In this document: piece by piece, positions 18,250 to 25,754 of the stretch
Layout: each line of letters opens with the position of its first letter
How positions within the stretch are numbered: the first letter of the stretch is position 1
NCBI RefSeq assembly: GCF_001598795.1
Contig: NZ_BCZP01000001.1
Span: 240,001 to 272,000, forward strand
Reading direction: 5' to 3'
Source: Delftia acidovorans NBRC 14950
Lineage (GTDB): Bacteria > Pseudomonadota > Gammaproteobacteria > Burkholderiales > Burkholderiaceae_C
DNA length: 32,000 nt
Position numbers and translations under genes: made by a program
The notes under the pieces: model-generated
Seen by the model: only the letters and a program-made list of their open reading frames with translations
Database searches by the model: none
Told to the model about the DNA's origin: nothing

Positions 18250-19094
18250 GCGCCGCACCCATTGCCCCGCGCCATGCGCCGCCCGCGCTGTACGGCGCCA
18301 CCTGGCTGGATACGCTGGCCGCCTGGCTGCTGGCCCTGCTGTGGATACTGCCGCTGGCCTATGCGTTCTGGACGGCCTTCCATCCGCCCGAATACTCGGC
18401 ACGCTTCGACCTGGCCGCGCCCTGGACGCTGGAGAACTTTCGCCGTGCCTGGCAGGCCGCGCCCTTTGCGCGCTATTTCCTGAACACGGCCGTGCTGGTG
18501 GTCATGATTTTGGCGGCCCAGCTGGTGCTGGGCACGCTGGCCGCCTATGCCTTTGCGCGCTACCGCTTTCGCGGCCAGGGCCTGGCCTTTGCCCTGGTGC
18601 TGGTGCAGCTGATGATCATGCCGGACATCCTGCTGGTGGCGAACTACCAGACCCTGTCGCGCCTGGGCGCCGTCGATACGCTGCTGGGCATCGGCCTGCC
18701 GTACTTCGCATCGGCCTTTGCCATCTTTTTGCTGCGCCAGACCTTCCTGGGCATTCCCCGGGAACTGGACGAGGCCGCGCGGGTGGAGGGCGCCAGCACC
18801 CTGCAGATCCTGTGGCGCGTCTACGTGCCGCTGGCGCGGCCCGTGTACCTGGCGTTTGCGCTGGTGTCGGTGAGCTTTCACTGGAACAACTTCCTGTGGC
18901 CGCTGATCATCACCAACAGCGTGCAGGCGCGCCCGCTCACCGTGGGGCTGCAGGTGTTCTCCAGCGTGGAGTCGGGCGTGGAATGGGCCACCATCACGGC
19001 CGCCACGCTGATGAGCTCGGGCCCGCTGCTGGTGGCCTTCGTGCTGTTCCAGCGCCAGTTCGTGCAGAGCTTCATGCGTGCGGGGATCAAGTGA
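18246..19094 (+). CDS. ABC transporter permease (UgpE/MalG-like)
   Basis: The ATG at 18246 overlaps the upstream stop codon (ATGA, 18246-18249). The protein starts MSAAPIAPRH... and contains the EAA loop IPRELDEAARVEGASTLQILWRVYVPLARP. Track ORF 17517..19094 is this gene plus an out-of-frame upstream extension. Confidence 0.92.
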   Translation: MSAAPIAPRHAPPALYGATWLDTLAAWLLALLWILPLAYAFWTAFHPPEYSARFDLAAPWTLENFRRAWQAAPFARYFLNTAVLVVMILAAQLVLGTLAAYAFARYRFRGQGLAFALVLVQLMIMPDILLVANYQTLSRLGAVDTLLGIGLPYFASAFAIFLLRQTFLGIPRELDEAARVEGASTLQILWRVYVPLARPVYLAFALVSVSFHWNNFLWPLIITNSVQARPLTVGLQVFSSVESGVEWATITAATLMSSGPLLVAFVLFQRQFVQSFMRAGIK

Positions 19095-19142
19095 GGGCGG
19101 TGCTAAAGTTCCTTGTCCCAGCCTTTCACCCCGAGGTCCACC

Positions 19143-19532
19143 ATGTCCGGTCCCGCATCCGCAGGTCTGTTCATCTACGCCAAGCAGCCTGACCGGCTGG
19201 CGCTGTTCTACATGGAGGTGCTGGCCATGCGCATGCTGCACCACACGAGCGAGCTCATGGTGCTGCAGTCGCCGGACCTGCAACTGGTGCTGCACGCCAT
19301 TCCCGAGGCGATTGCGCGGCACATCACCATCACCGAGCCACCCCAGCCGCGCGAGAACGTGGCCCTCAAATTCTTTGCCACCGTGACCAGCTTCGCGGCC
19401 GTTCGTCCCCTGGTCATCGCCCATGGCGGCCAGCTGTGGGAGCAGTCCTGGCAGGGGCCGGGCTTTCGCGTCTGCAACGCCATGGACCCCGAAGGCAACC
19501 TGTTCCAGCTGCGTGAGCCGCTGCCCGCATGA
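19143..19532 (+). CDS. VOC (glyoxalase/bleomycin-resistance/dioxygenase) family protein
   Basis: From track ORF 19113..19532, which has a TTG start. I prefer the ATG at 19143, which is preceded by GAGG. The C-terminal FRVCNAMDPEGNLFQLRE is a typical VOC-fold ending. Confidence 0.72.
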   Translation: MSGPASAGLFIYAKQPDRLALFYMEVLAMRMLHHTSELMVLQSPDLQLVLHAIPEAIARHITITEPPQPRENVALKFFATVTSFAAVRPLVIAHGGQLWEQSWQGPGFRVCNAMDPEGNLFQLREPLPA

Positions 19533-20398
19533 TGCAGATCCTCACCTGGAACACCCAATGGTGCCTGGGCCTGGACGGCCGCATGGACCCGGAGCGCATC
19601 GTGGCGCATGCGCTGTCCATGGCCGATATCGACGTGCTGTGCCTGCAGGAAATCGCCATCCACTATCCCGGCCTGCAGGGTGCGCCCGGCGACCAGGTGG
19701 CGCAGATCCGCCAGGCCCTGCCCGAAGGCTGGAAGGTCTTCTTCGGCGCCTCCGTGGACGAGTTCACGGCCGTGGGCCGGCAGCGCTTTGGCAACCTGGT
19801 GGCCACGCGCCTGCCGGTGCTGCAACTGGCCCACCACCGCCTGCCGTATCCGCACGACGGCGGCGTGCGCAGCATGCCGCGCTGCTGCACGGCGGCCACG
19901 GTGATGGATGCCGCGCTGGGCCCCGTGCGGGTGATGAGCACCCACCTCGAATATTTCTCGCGCCGCCAGCGCATGGCCCAGGCGCTGGCGCTGCGTTCCC
20001 TGCAGATCGAGGCCCTGGGCCAGGCCGAGGCGCCGCCCCAGCCCGCCAGCGACGGCTCGCCCCAGCAGACCAAGCCGCACACGCCGCATGCCGTGCTTTG
20101 CGGCGACTTCAACTTCGAGCCGCACGAGGACGAATACGCCGGCCTGTCCGCCCCCTGGGCGGCCGGCGAGCAGGGCGCCCTGAGCGCCGGCCAGTGGCAC
20201 AACAGCTGGAGCGTGCTGCACCCGGACCAGCCCCAGCCGCCCACCTTCCGGTTGTTCGACCGCCAGTGGGGCCCCGAGCCCGGCGCCTGCGACTTCGCCT
20301 GGGTCAGCGACAGCCTGCGCGGCCATGTGCGTGGCTGGGCCGTGGACAGCGACACAAGGCTCTCGGACCACCAGCCCGTGCTGCTGCAGCTGGCTTGA
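19529..20398 (+). CDS. Endonuclease/exonuclease/phosphatase (EEP) family protein, no signal peptide
   Basis: The ATG at 19529 overlaps the VOC stop codon (ATGA). The N-terminal ILTWNTQW...DVLCLQE and C-terminal LSDHQPVLLQL match EEP catalytic motifs. Confidence 0.87.
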   Translation: MMQILTWNTQWCLGLDGRMDPERIVAHALSMADIDVLCLQEIAIHYPGLQGAPGDQVAQIRQALPEGWKVFFGASVDEFTAVGRQRFGNLVATRLPVLQLAHHRLPYPHDGGVRSMPRCCTAATVMDAALGPVRVMSTHLEYFSRRQRMAQALALRSLQIEALGQAEAPPQPASDGSPQQTKPHTPHAVLCGDFNFEPHEDEYAGLSAPWAAGEQGALSAGQWHNSWSVLHPDQPQPPTFRLFDRQWGPEPGACDFAWVSDSLRGHVRGWAVDSDTRLSDHQPVLLQLA

Positions 20399-20492
20399 TC
20401 CAGGTCAGGGACCGTCGCCAAGCCGGCCTTGGCCTACAGACAGTGTGGCGGGCCTGCTCCAAGGTCATGGGGACTGTTTTGAAGGAGCATCC

Positions 20493-21053
20493 ATGAGCCC
20501 CAATCCGCTGTCCACGATTCTTCACCGCACCTGGTGGGTGCTGCTGCTGCGCGGCCTGGTCGCCATCGCCTTCGGCGTACTGACCTGGGCGCAGCCGGCG
20601 GTATCGCTGGCGGCGCTGGTGCTGACCTTCGGCGCCTTCACCTTCGTCGATGGCTTGCTGGGCGTGTATTCGGCCATCCAGGGGCGCGACCAGATGCGCC
20701 ATTGGTGGGTGCTGCTGCTGTGGGGCCTGGCCGGCGTGGTGGTGGGCGTGCTCACCGTGGTCGCGCCCGGCGTCACGGCGCTGGTGATGACGCTGTACAT
20801 CGGCGCCTGGGCCCTGGTCACGGGCCTGCTGCAGATCGTAGCGGCCGTGCGGCTGCGCAAGGAGATCACGGGCGAGTGGCTGCTGATCCTGGGCGGCGTG
20901 CTGTCCGTGCTGTTCGGCGCCTTCGTGCTGGCCCAGCCGGGCGCGGGCATGATGGCCATGCTCTGGGTGCTGGCCACGTATGCGGTGGTCTTCGGCGTGC
21001 TCATGGTGCTGCTGTCCTTCAAGCTCAAGAAGGGCATACGCCATTCTTCCTGA
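20493..21053 (+). CDS. DUF308 / HdeD-like integral membrane protein
   Basis: Within track ORF 20325..21053. The ATG at 20493 is preceded by GAAGGAG. The 186-aa protein has six hydrophobic helices and the typical WWVLLLRGLVAIAFGVL / WWVLLLWGLAGVVVGVL internal duplication. Confidence 0.85.
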   Translation: MSPNPLSTILHRTWWVLLLRGLVAIAFGVLTWAQPAVSLAALVLTFGAFTFVDGLLGVYSAIQGRDQMRHWWVLLLWGLAGVVVGVLTVVAPGVTALVMTLYIGAWALVTGLLQIVAAVRLRKEITGEWLLILGGVLSVLFGAFVLAQPGAGMMAMLWVLATYAVVFGVLMVLLSFKLKKGIRHSS

Positions 21054-21086
21054 GCCGCTGGTGCAAAGGCGGACAATGCCGGCTCC

Positions 21087-23417
21087 ATGATCGAATCCCG
21101 GCGACCCTCTCCCTTCATGCGTCTTCCCCGCGCGGCCCTGGCGGCCGCGCTGCTGTTCGCGGCGGCCGGTGCCGCCCAGGCGCTGCCCAGCTTTTCCGAG
21201 GTCCGCGAAGGCCACCGCTCCTCCGAGACCGAACTGCTCTCGCGCGAGGGCGAGGTGCTGCAGCGCCAGCGCACCGACGCCAGCGTGCGCCGTGGCGACT
21301 GGGTGGCCCTGGCCGACATCTCGCCCGCGCTGCGCACGGCCCTGGTGCTCAGCGAGGACAAGCGCTTCTACGAACACAGCGGCGTGGACTGGGCGGCCGT
21401 GTCCGCCGCCGCCTGGGGCAACCTCTGGAACCAGCGCACGCGCGGCGCCAGCACCATCACCATGCAGTTGGCGGGCCTGCTGGACGGCGACTGGCGCCAG
21501 GGCCCGGGCGGGCGCAGCGTGGTGCAGAAACTGGGCCAGACCGTGTCGGCCCAGGTGCTGGACCGGCGCTGGCGCAAGGACCAGATCCTGGAGGCCTACC
21601 TGAACCTGGTGCCCTTCCGGGGCGAGATCGTGGGCATCGATGCGCTGTCGCGCACCCTGTTCGGCAAGGCCGCGCACGGGCTGGACGCGCGCGAGGCCGC
21701 CATTGCCGCCGCCCTGGTGCGCGCGCCCAACGCCTCGCCCGAGCGCGTGGGCCGGCGCGCCTGCGGCGTGCTGCAGTCGCTGGCGCCCGAGGATGCGGCG
21801 GCGCGCGACTGCACGGCCATGGAACTGCTCACCTCCAGCGTGCTGCTGCGCCGGCAATGGGCGGCCAGCGAAGGCCAGGCCCCGCATCTGGCGCGCCGCC
21901 TGCTGGCCGAGCCGCAGTCCAAAGGCCAGGCGCGCGTGCGATCCACGCTGAGCGCGCCCGTGCAGCGCTTTGCGGTGCAAAGCCTGCAGCAGCAACTGCG
22001 CGAGCTGCAGGGCCACAACGTGGAGGACGGCGCCATCGTCGTGCTGGACAACGCCACGGGCGAGGTGCTGGCCTGGGTGGGTTCGTCGGGCGAATTGAGC
22101 CAGGCGGCCGAGGTGGATGGCGTCACGGCCATGCGCCAGCCCGGCTCCACGCTCAAGCCCTTTCTCTATGCCCAGGCGATTGCCGAGCGGCGGCTGACGG
22201 CGGCCTCGCTGATCGAGGATTCATCGGCCCACATTCCCACGCAGAACGGGCTCTACATCCCGCAGAACTACGACCGGCGCTTCAAGGGCTGGGTCTCGGC
22301 CCGCACGGCGCTGGCGTCGTCGCTCAACGTGCCGGCCGTGCGCACCCTGGTCATGGTCACGCCCGATGCCTTCTTCTCGCAACTGCAGCGCCTGGGCCTG
22401 CCGCTGCGCGAAAGCGGCGGCTACCACGGCTTCAGCCTGGCGCTGGGCAGCGCCGAGGTGCCGCTGCTGCAACTGACCAATGCCTACCGCGCCCTGGCCA
22501 ACGGCGGGCAACTGACGCCCTTACGCTGGGCGGCAGCCCCCGCTCCGGCTGCCGTGCCGAAGACCCAGGCCAAGGCCGGTGCCGCCGTGCAGGCCATCGA
22601 CGCACGCGCGGCCTTCATCGTGGGCGACGTCCTGTCCGATCCCATGGCGCGCGCGCCCACCTTCGGCACGGACAGCGTGCTGGCCACGCGCTTTTGGTCG
22701 GCCGTCAAGACCGGCACCAGCAAGGACATGCGCGACAACTGGGCCGTGGGCTGGTCGCAGCGCTACACCGTGGGCGTGTGGGTGGGCAATGCGCGCGGCG
22801 AGGCCATGCACTCGGTCAGCGGCACCAGCGGCGCGGCACCTGTCTGGGCCGCCGTGATGGGCTTCCTGCATGCCCGCACACCCAGCCGCGCGCCCAAGGC
22901 GCCGGCGGGTGTGCTGCAACAGGCGGTGCGCTTCGGCCCCGATGCCTCGGGCCTGCCGCTGGAGAGCGCTCGCAGCGAGTGGTTCGTGGCGGGCACGCAG
23001 CAGAGCCTGTTCGCCATGGCAGGCAGCGGCCTGCCTGCCGCATCCGCATCAACACGCGGGACTTCGGCGGCCTCGCCCGTGCGCATTGCGCGCCCGGCCA
23101 ACGGCACCATCCTCGCGCTGGACCCCGACATTCCGCCGGACCGCCAGCGGGTGCAGCTGTCGGCGCGCCCCGCAGGCACGGCCGCCACGCAGGAGTGGCA
23201 GGATGCCAGCCTGCGCTGGCGCATGGTCAGCGCCGCCCGGCCCGGCGTGGCCGAGCCTGCGCCCAAGGAAATTGGCCGGGGTGCTGCTGCCGCCTGGATG
23301 CCCTGGCCCGGCCGCCACCGGCTGGAACTGGTCGATGCCAAGGGGCAGGTGCTGGACAGTGTGCAGGTGGAGGTGCGCGGCGCCGGCGTGGTGGCTTCGC
23401 GCGCGGGCGGGCGCTGA
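21087..23417 (+). CDS. pbpC: Penicillin-binding protein 1C (bifunctional glycosyltransferase/transpeptidase-type)
   Basis: 776 aa. GT51 motifs are SEDKRFYEHSGVDW, GASTITMQL and KDQILEAYLN. Transpeptidase motifs are STLK (PGSTLKPF), SLN and KTGTS. The C-terminal extension with GRHRLELVDAKGQVLDSVQVEV is typical of the PBP1C C-terminal domain. The start could be 21087 or the ATG at 21117. Confidence 0.93.
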   Translation: MIESRRPSPFMRLPRAALAAALLFAAAGAAQALPSFSEVREGHRSSETELLSREGEVLQRQRTDASVRRGDWVALADISPALRTALVLSEDKRFYEHSGVDWAAVSAAAWGNLWNQRTRGASTITMQLAGLLDGDWRQGPGGRSVVQKLGQTVSAQVLDRRWRKDQILEAYLNLVPFRGEIVGIDALSRTLFGKAAHGLDAREAAIAAALVRAPNASPERVGRRACGVLQSLAPEDAAARDCTAMELLTSSVLLRRQWAASEGQAPHLARRLLAEPQSKGQARVRSTLSAPVQRFAVQSLQQQLRELQGHNVEDGAIVVLDNATGEVLAWVGSSGELSQAAEVDGVTAMRQPGSTLKPFLYAQAIAERRLTAASLIEDSSAHIPTQNGLYIPQNYDRRFKGWVSARTALASSLNVPAVRTLVMVTPDAFFSQLQRLGLPLRESGGYHGFSLALGSAEVPLLQLTNAYRALANGGQLTPLRWAAAPAPAAVPKTQAKAGAAVQAIDARAAFIVGDVLSDPMARAPTFGTDSVLATRFWSAVKTGTSKDMRDNWAVGWSQRYTVGVWVGNARGEAMHSVSGTSGAAPVWAAVMGFLHARTPSRAPKAPAGVLQQAVRFGPDASGLPLESARSEWFVAGTQQSLFAMAGSGLPAASASTRGTSAASPVRIARPANGTILALDPDIPPDRQRVQLSARPAGTAATQEWQDASLRWRMVSAARPGVAEPAPKEIGRGAAAAWMPWPGRHRLELVDAKGQVLDSVQVEVRGAGVVASRAGGR

Positions 23418-23434
23418 TCAGGCGCCGGTCGTGA

Positions 23435-24103
23435 TCACTGCGCTGCGCGGGTGCCCGCCGCGCGGAAGCCCGCCGCAGTGAAGGCCACCAGCTCGTCGAT
23501 CACATGCTCCACGGGGTCGGCGCGGTGGCCGCCGCCCAGCATGCGGCTGACTCGGCCGTTGTCGGAGCGGATGTACATCATGGCGCCGTACATGCATTCC
23601 AGGCGCCACTGGAAATCGTGCTGCGACAGCTGCGGCAGAGCCTGGCGCAGCAGGGCCGCAAAGCGTTTGGCAGCCTCGTCGTAGGCGGTAAACACCACCT
23701 CCCTGACTGCCTGGTCGGGATCGACCGAACACAGGGCCGTGACGCGGTTGAAGTCGGCCTCGCCCTCGCTGTGGGCGGCGCGCAGCGCAGGGGCGATGAA
23801 GGCCCGAAGAATGTCCTCCACGGCGGGCTGCGGCGACTGCTGCTCCAGCCTTTGCAGCAGCGCATGGCGCTGTCCGTTGACGGCCATCACGCGCTGCTCG
23901 AACAAGGCCTTGAGCAGGCCCAGCTTGTTGCGGAAGTGGTAGTGGATGGCGCCCGTGTCCACATCGGCCAGCGCCATGACGGCGCGCAGCGATGTGCCCG
24001 CGTAGCCATGCCGCGCAAACAGCTGCTCGGCGGCTTGCAGAAGGCGTTCGCGGGCCTGGGCGCGGGGTTCCTCGGCCGCGGTGTCATCGGTGCTGGACGT
24101 CAT
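23435..24103 (-). CDS. TetR/AcrR-family transcriptional regulator
   Basis: 222 aa. The N-terminal HTH is RERLLQAAEQLFARHGYAGTSLRAVMALADVDTGAIHYHFRNKLGLLKALF. Confidence 0.92.
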   Translation of the reverse strand: MTSSTDDTAAEEPRAQARERLLQAAEQLFARHGYAGTSLRAVMALADVDTGAIHYHFRNKLGLLKALFEQRVMAVNGQRHALLQRLEQQSPQPAVEDILRAFIAPALRAAHSEGEADFNRVTALCSVDPDQAVREVVFTAYDEAAKRFAALLRQALPQLSQHDFQWRLECMYGAMMYIRSDNGRVSRMLGGGHRADPVEHVIDELVAFTAAGFRAAGTRAAQ

Positions 24104-24171
24104 GGCTGCGGATCATAGACAGCGCCAGGCCCTTGCCGCACCAAACCATGGCATGGTAGTGACATGGATTG

Positions 24172-24191
24172 ATTCAGTCGACTGACTGAAT
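24172..24191. promoter_or_regulatory. Palindromic candidate TetR operator in the divergent TetR/Bug intergenic region
   Basis: ATTCAGTCGACTGACTGAAT contains the perfect 12-bp palindrome TCAGTCGACTGA (24174-24185). It also contains ATTCAG (24172-24177) and CTGAAT (24186-24191) as inverted arms. It lies 69 nt from the TetR start and 41 nt from the Bug start. Confidence 0.5.
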
Positions 24192-24231
24192 TAACATGCG
24201 CAGCCATCACACAACGACAAGGAGACACAGC

Positions 24232-25176
24232 ATGACCACCCGCAAGTGGCTCGGCGCCCTGATGGCGCTGGGCTGCACCCTGGCCACCGCGCAGGAGCCG
24301 TTCCCGTCGCGGCCGCTGACCCTCATCAACCCCTGGGCGGCGGGCAGCTCCACCGATGTGATGGCGCGTACGTTGGCCGAGGAATTCCGCAAGCAGCTGG
24401 GCCAGAGCGTGGTCGTGGTCTCGCGCGACGGGGGCTCGGGCGTGATCGGCATGAATGTGCTGGCCCAGGCGCCGGCCGACGGGCTGACGCTGGCCTTCAC
24501 GCCCATGACCCCCATCACCGTGCAGCCCCACTACGTCAAGGGCCTGAAGCTGGGGCCCGACAGCGTGCAGCCGCTGTGCGGCGTGACGGAGAACATCCTG
24601 GGCGTCAGCGTGCGCGCAGACAGCCCTTTCAAGACGATAGGCGAGCTGGTGGCGGCGGCGAAGAAGGGCTCGCTGAGCTACGGATCGCCGGGACCGAACT
24701 CGGCGCCCTTCCTGGCCATGGACCAGCTGGAGCGCGACCAGGGCCTCAAGCTCGTGCATGTGCCCTACAAGGGCGATGCCGGCTCGATACAGGAATTGCT
24801 GGCCGGGCGGCTGGACTTCGTCAGCAGCATCGCGGCCTCGGCTGCGCCCCAGATACGCGCGGGCAAGCTGCGCCTGCTGGCCGTGGCCTCGGAGCGCCGC
24901 CACCCGGCCTTCCCCGAGGTCCCCACCTTCAAGGAACTGGGCATGGCGGTGCAGGAGGAATCGTTTGCGGGCCTGTTCGTGCCGCGTGGCGTGCCCGAGG
25001 CGGTGCTGGGCCGGCTGGACGCCGCCTGCGCCGCCGCCGCGCGGTCCGATGCCGTCAGGCAGGTGGCCCAGCGCGGCGACCAGGTGGTCTTCCACCAGGA
25101 CCGCCGCCAGTGGGACCGGCGCATCCACGACGAATTCCGCAAACAGGGCGCAGCGGCCGAACGCCATGCGCAGTGA
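24232..25176 (+). CDS. Bug-family (TctC-like) tripartite tricarboxylate transporter substrate-binding protein; orphan, with no tctA/tctB nearby
   Basis: From track ORF 24196..25176. The ATG at 24232 is preceded by AAGGAG. The signal peptide MTTRKWLGALMALGCTLATAQ is followed by the typical Bug N-terminus FPSRPLTLINPWAAGSSTDVMARTLAEEFRKQLGQSVVVVSRDGGSG. Confidence 0.92.
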   Translation: MTTRKWLGALMALGCTLATAQEPFPSRPLTLINPWAAGSSTDVMARTLAEEFRKQLGQSVVVVSRDGGSGVIGMNVLAQAPADGLTLAFTPMTPITVQPHYVKGLKLGPDSVQPLCGVTENILGVSVRADSPFKTIGELVAAAKKGSLSYGSPGPNSAPFLAMDQLERDQGLKLVHVPYKGDAGSIQELLAGRLDFVSSIAASAAPQIRAGKLRLLAVASERRHPAFPEVPTFKELGMAVQEESFAGLFVPRGVPEAVLGRLDAACAAAARSDAVRQVAQRGDQVVFHQDRRQWDRRIHDEFRKQGAAAERHAQ

Positions 25177-25201
25177 CCTCCTTTCCGCCATCTCTTCATC
25201 C

Positions 25202-25753
25202 ATGACCGATTCCAGCCTGCCCCCCATCCGCCGCGTGATCACGGCCAACGACGCACAGGGCCGCTCCTTCATCGCCGAGGACGGCGCCTCGCCCGCCGTG
25301 CGCCTGGTCGAGGAACGCCCCGGCTATCGCATCACCAACCTGTGGCGCACCGATGCCTCACCCGCGCAGATCAATGCGCCCGACACCATTGCCATCCACC
25401 AGGGCGTGGCACCGCCGCCCTATGGCACGGTGCTGCGCATCCTGGACATTCCGCCCGAACCTGCCGATCCGCAGGAGCTGGCGCGCGCCCTGCATGCCAC
25501 CTTTACACGCATGTACGGCGACGCCCACCGCAACGTGCAGCCCGGCGAGCATCCTGGCATGCACCGCACGGATACCGTGGACTACGCGCTGATGCTGGAG
25601 GGCGAGCTGGTCGCCATCCTGGACCGCCAGGAAACCGTGCTGCGCGCCGGTGACGTGCTCATACAGCGCGGCACCAACCATGCCTGGGCCAACCGCTCGG
25701 GCCGGCCTGCGCGCATTGCCTTCGTGCTGGTGGCGGGCGAGCAGGGCTCCTGA
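25202..25753 (+). CDS. Cupin domain protein
   Basis: Within track ORF 24758..25753. The ATG at 25202 gives MTDSSLPPIRRVIT.... An alternative ATG at 25166 would overlap the end of the Bug gene. The C-terminal GMHRTDTVDYALMLEGELVAILD...VLRAGDVLIQRGTNHAWAN is a typical cupin barrel. Confidence 0.78.
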   Translation: MTDSSLPPIRRVITANDAQGRSFIAEDGASPAVRLVEERPGYRITNLWRTDASPAQINAPDTIAIHQGVAPPPYGTVLRILDIPPEPADPQELARALHATFTRMYGDAHRNVQPGEHPGMHRTDTVDYALMLEGELVAILDRQETVLRAGDVLIQRGTNHAWANRSGRPARIAFVLVAGEQGS

Positions 25754-25754
25754 C

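Noticed and set aside
17517-19094. A 525-aa ORF that appears to span both ABC permease genes
   Set aside because: The first ~240 codons are an alternative frame over permease 1 and translate to low-complexity sequence. The genuine protein begins at the ATG at 18246, which overlaps the permease 1 stop codon. Similar N-terminal over-extensions were trimmed for ORFs 1493-2917, 9346-9918, 12276-13259, 13331-14791, 15913-17331, 19113-19532, 20325-21053, 24196-25176, 24758-25753, 25755-26915, 26912-28693 and 30030-31766.
10123-20398. Linking the BetT-like choline transporter, AraC regulator, amidase, Ugp-like importer and EEP (sphingomyelinase-fold) enzyme into a choline-lipid or glycerophosphocholine catabolic system
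   Set aside because: The idea is attractive but rests only on broad superfamily labels. The amidase is amidase-signature type, not a ceramidase. The EEP protein has no signal peptide or specific sphingomyelinase motifs that I can verify. The BCCT gene is separated from the operon by a hairpin and the regulator gene. I kept only the neutral statement of an unknown-substrate operon.
9302-21086. The block between A2M and pbpC as a horizontally acquired genomic island
   Set aside because: I found no integrase, transposase, tRNA, flanking direct repeats or phage/conjugation genes, and no visible drop in GC or change in codon style. Only the interruption of the expected A2M-pbpC synteny is supported, and that is reported as a finding.
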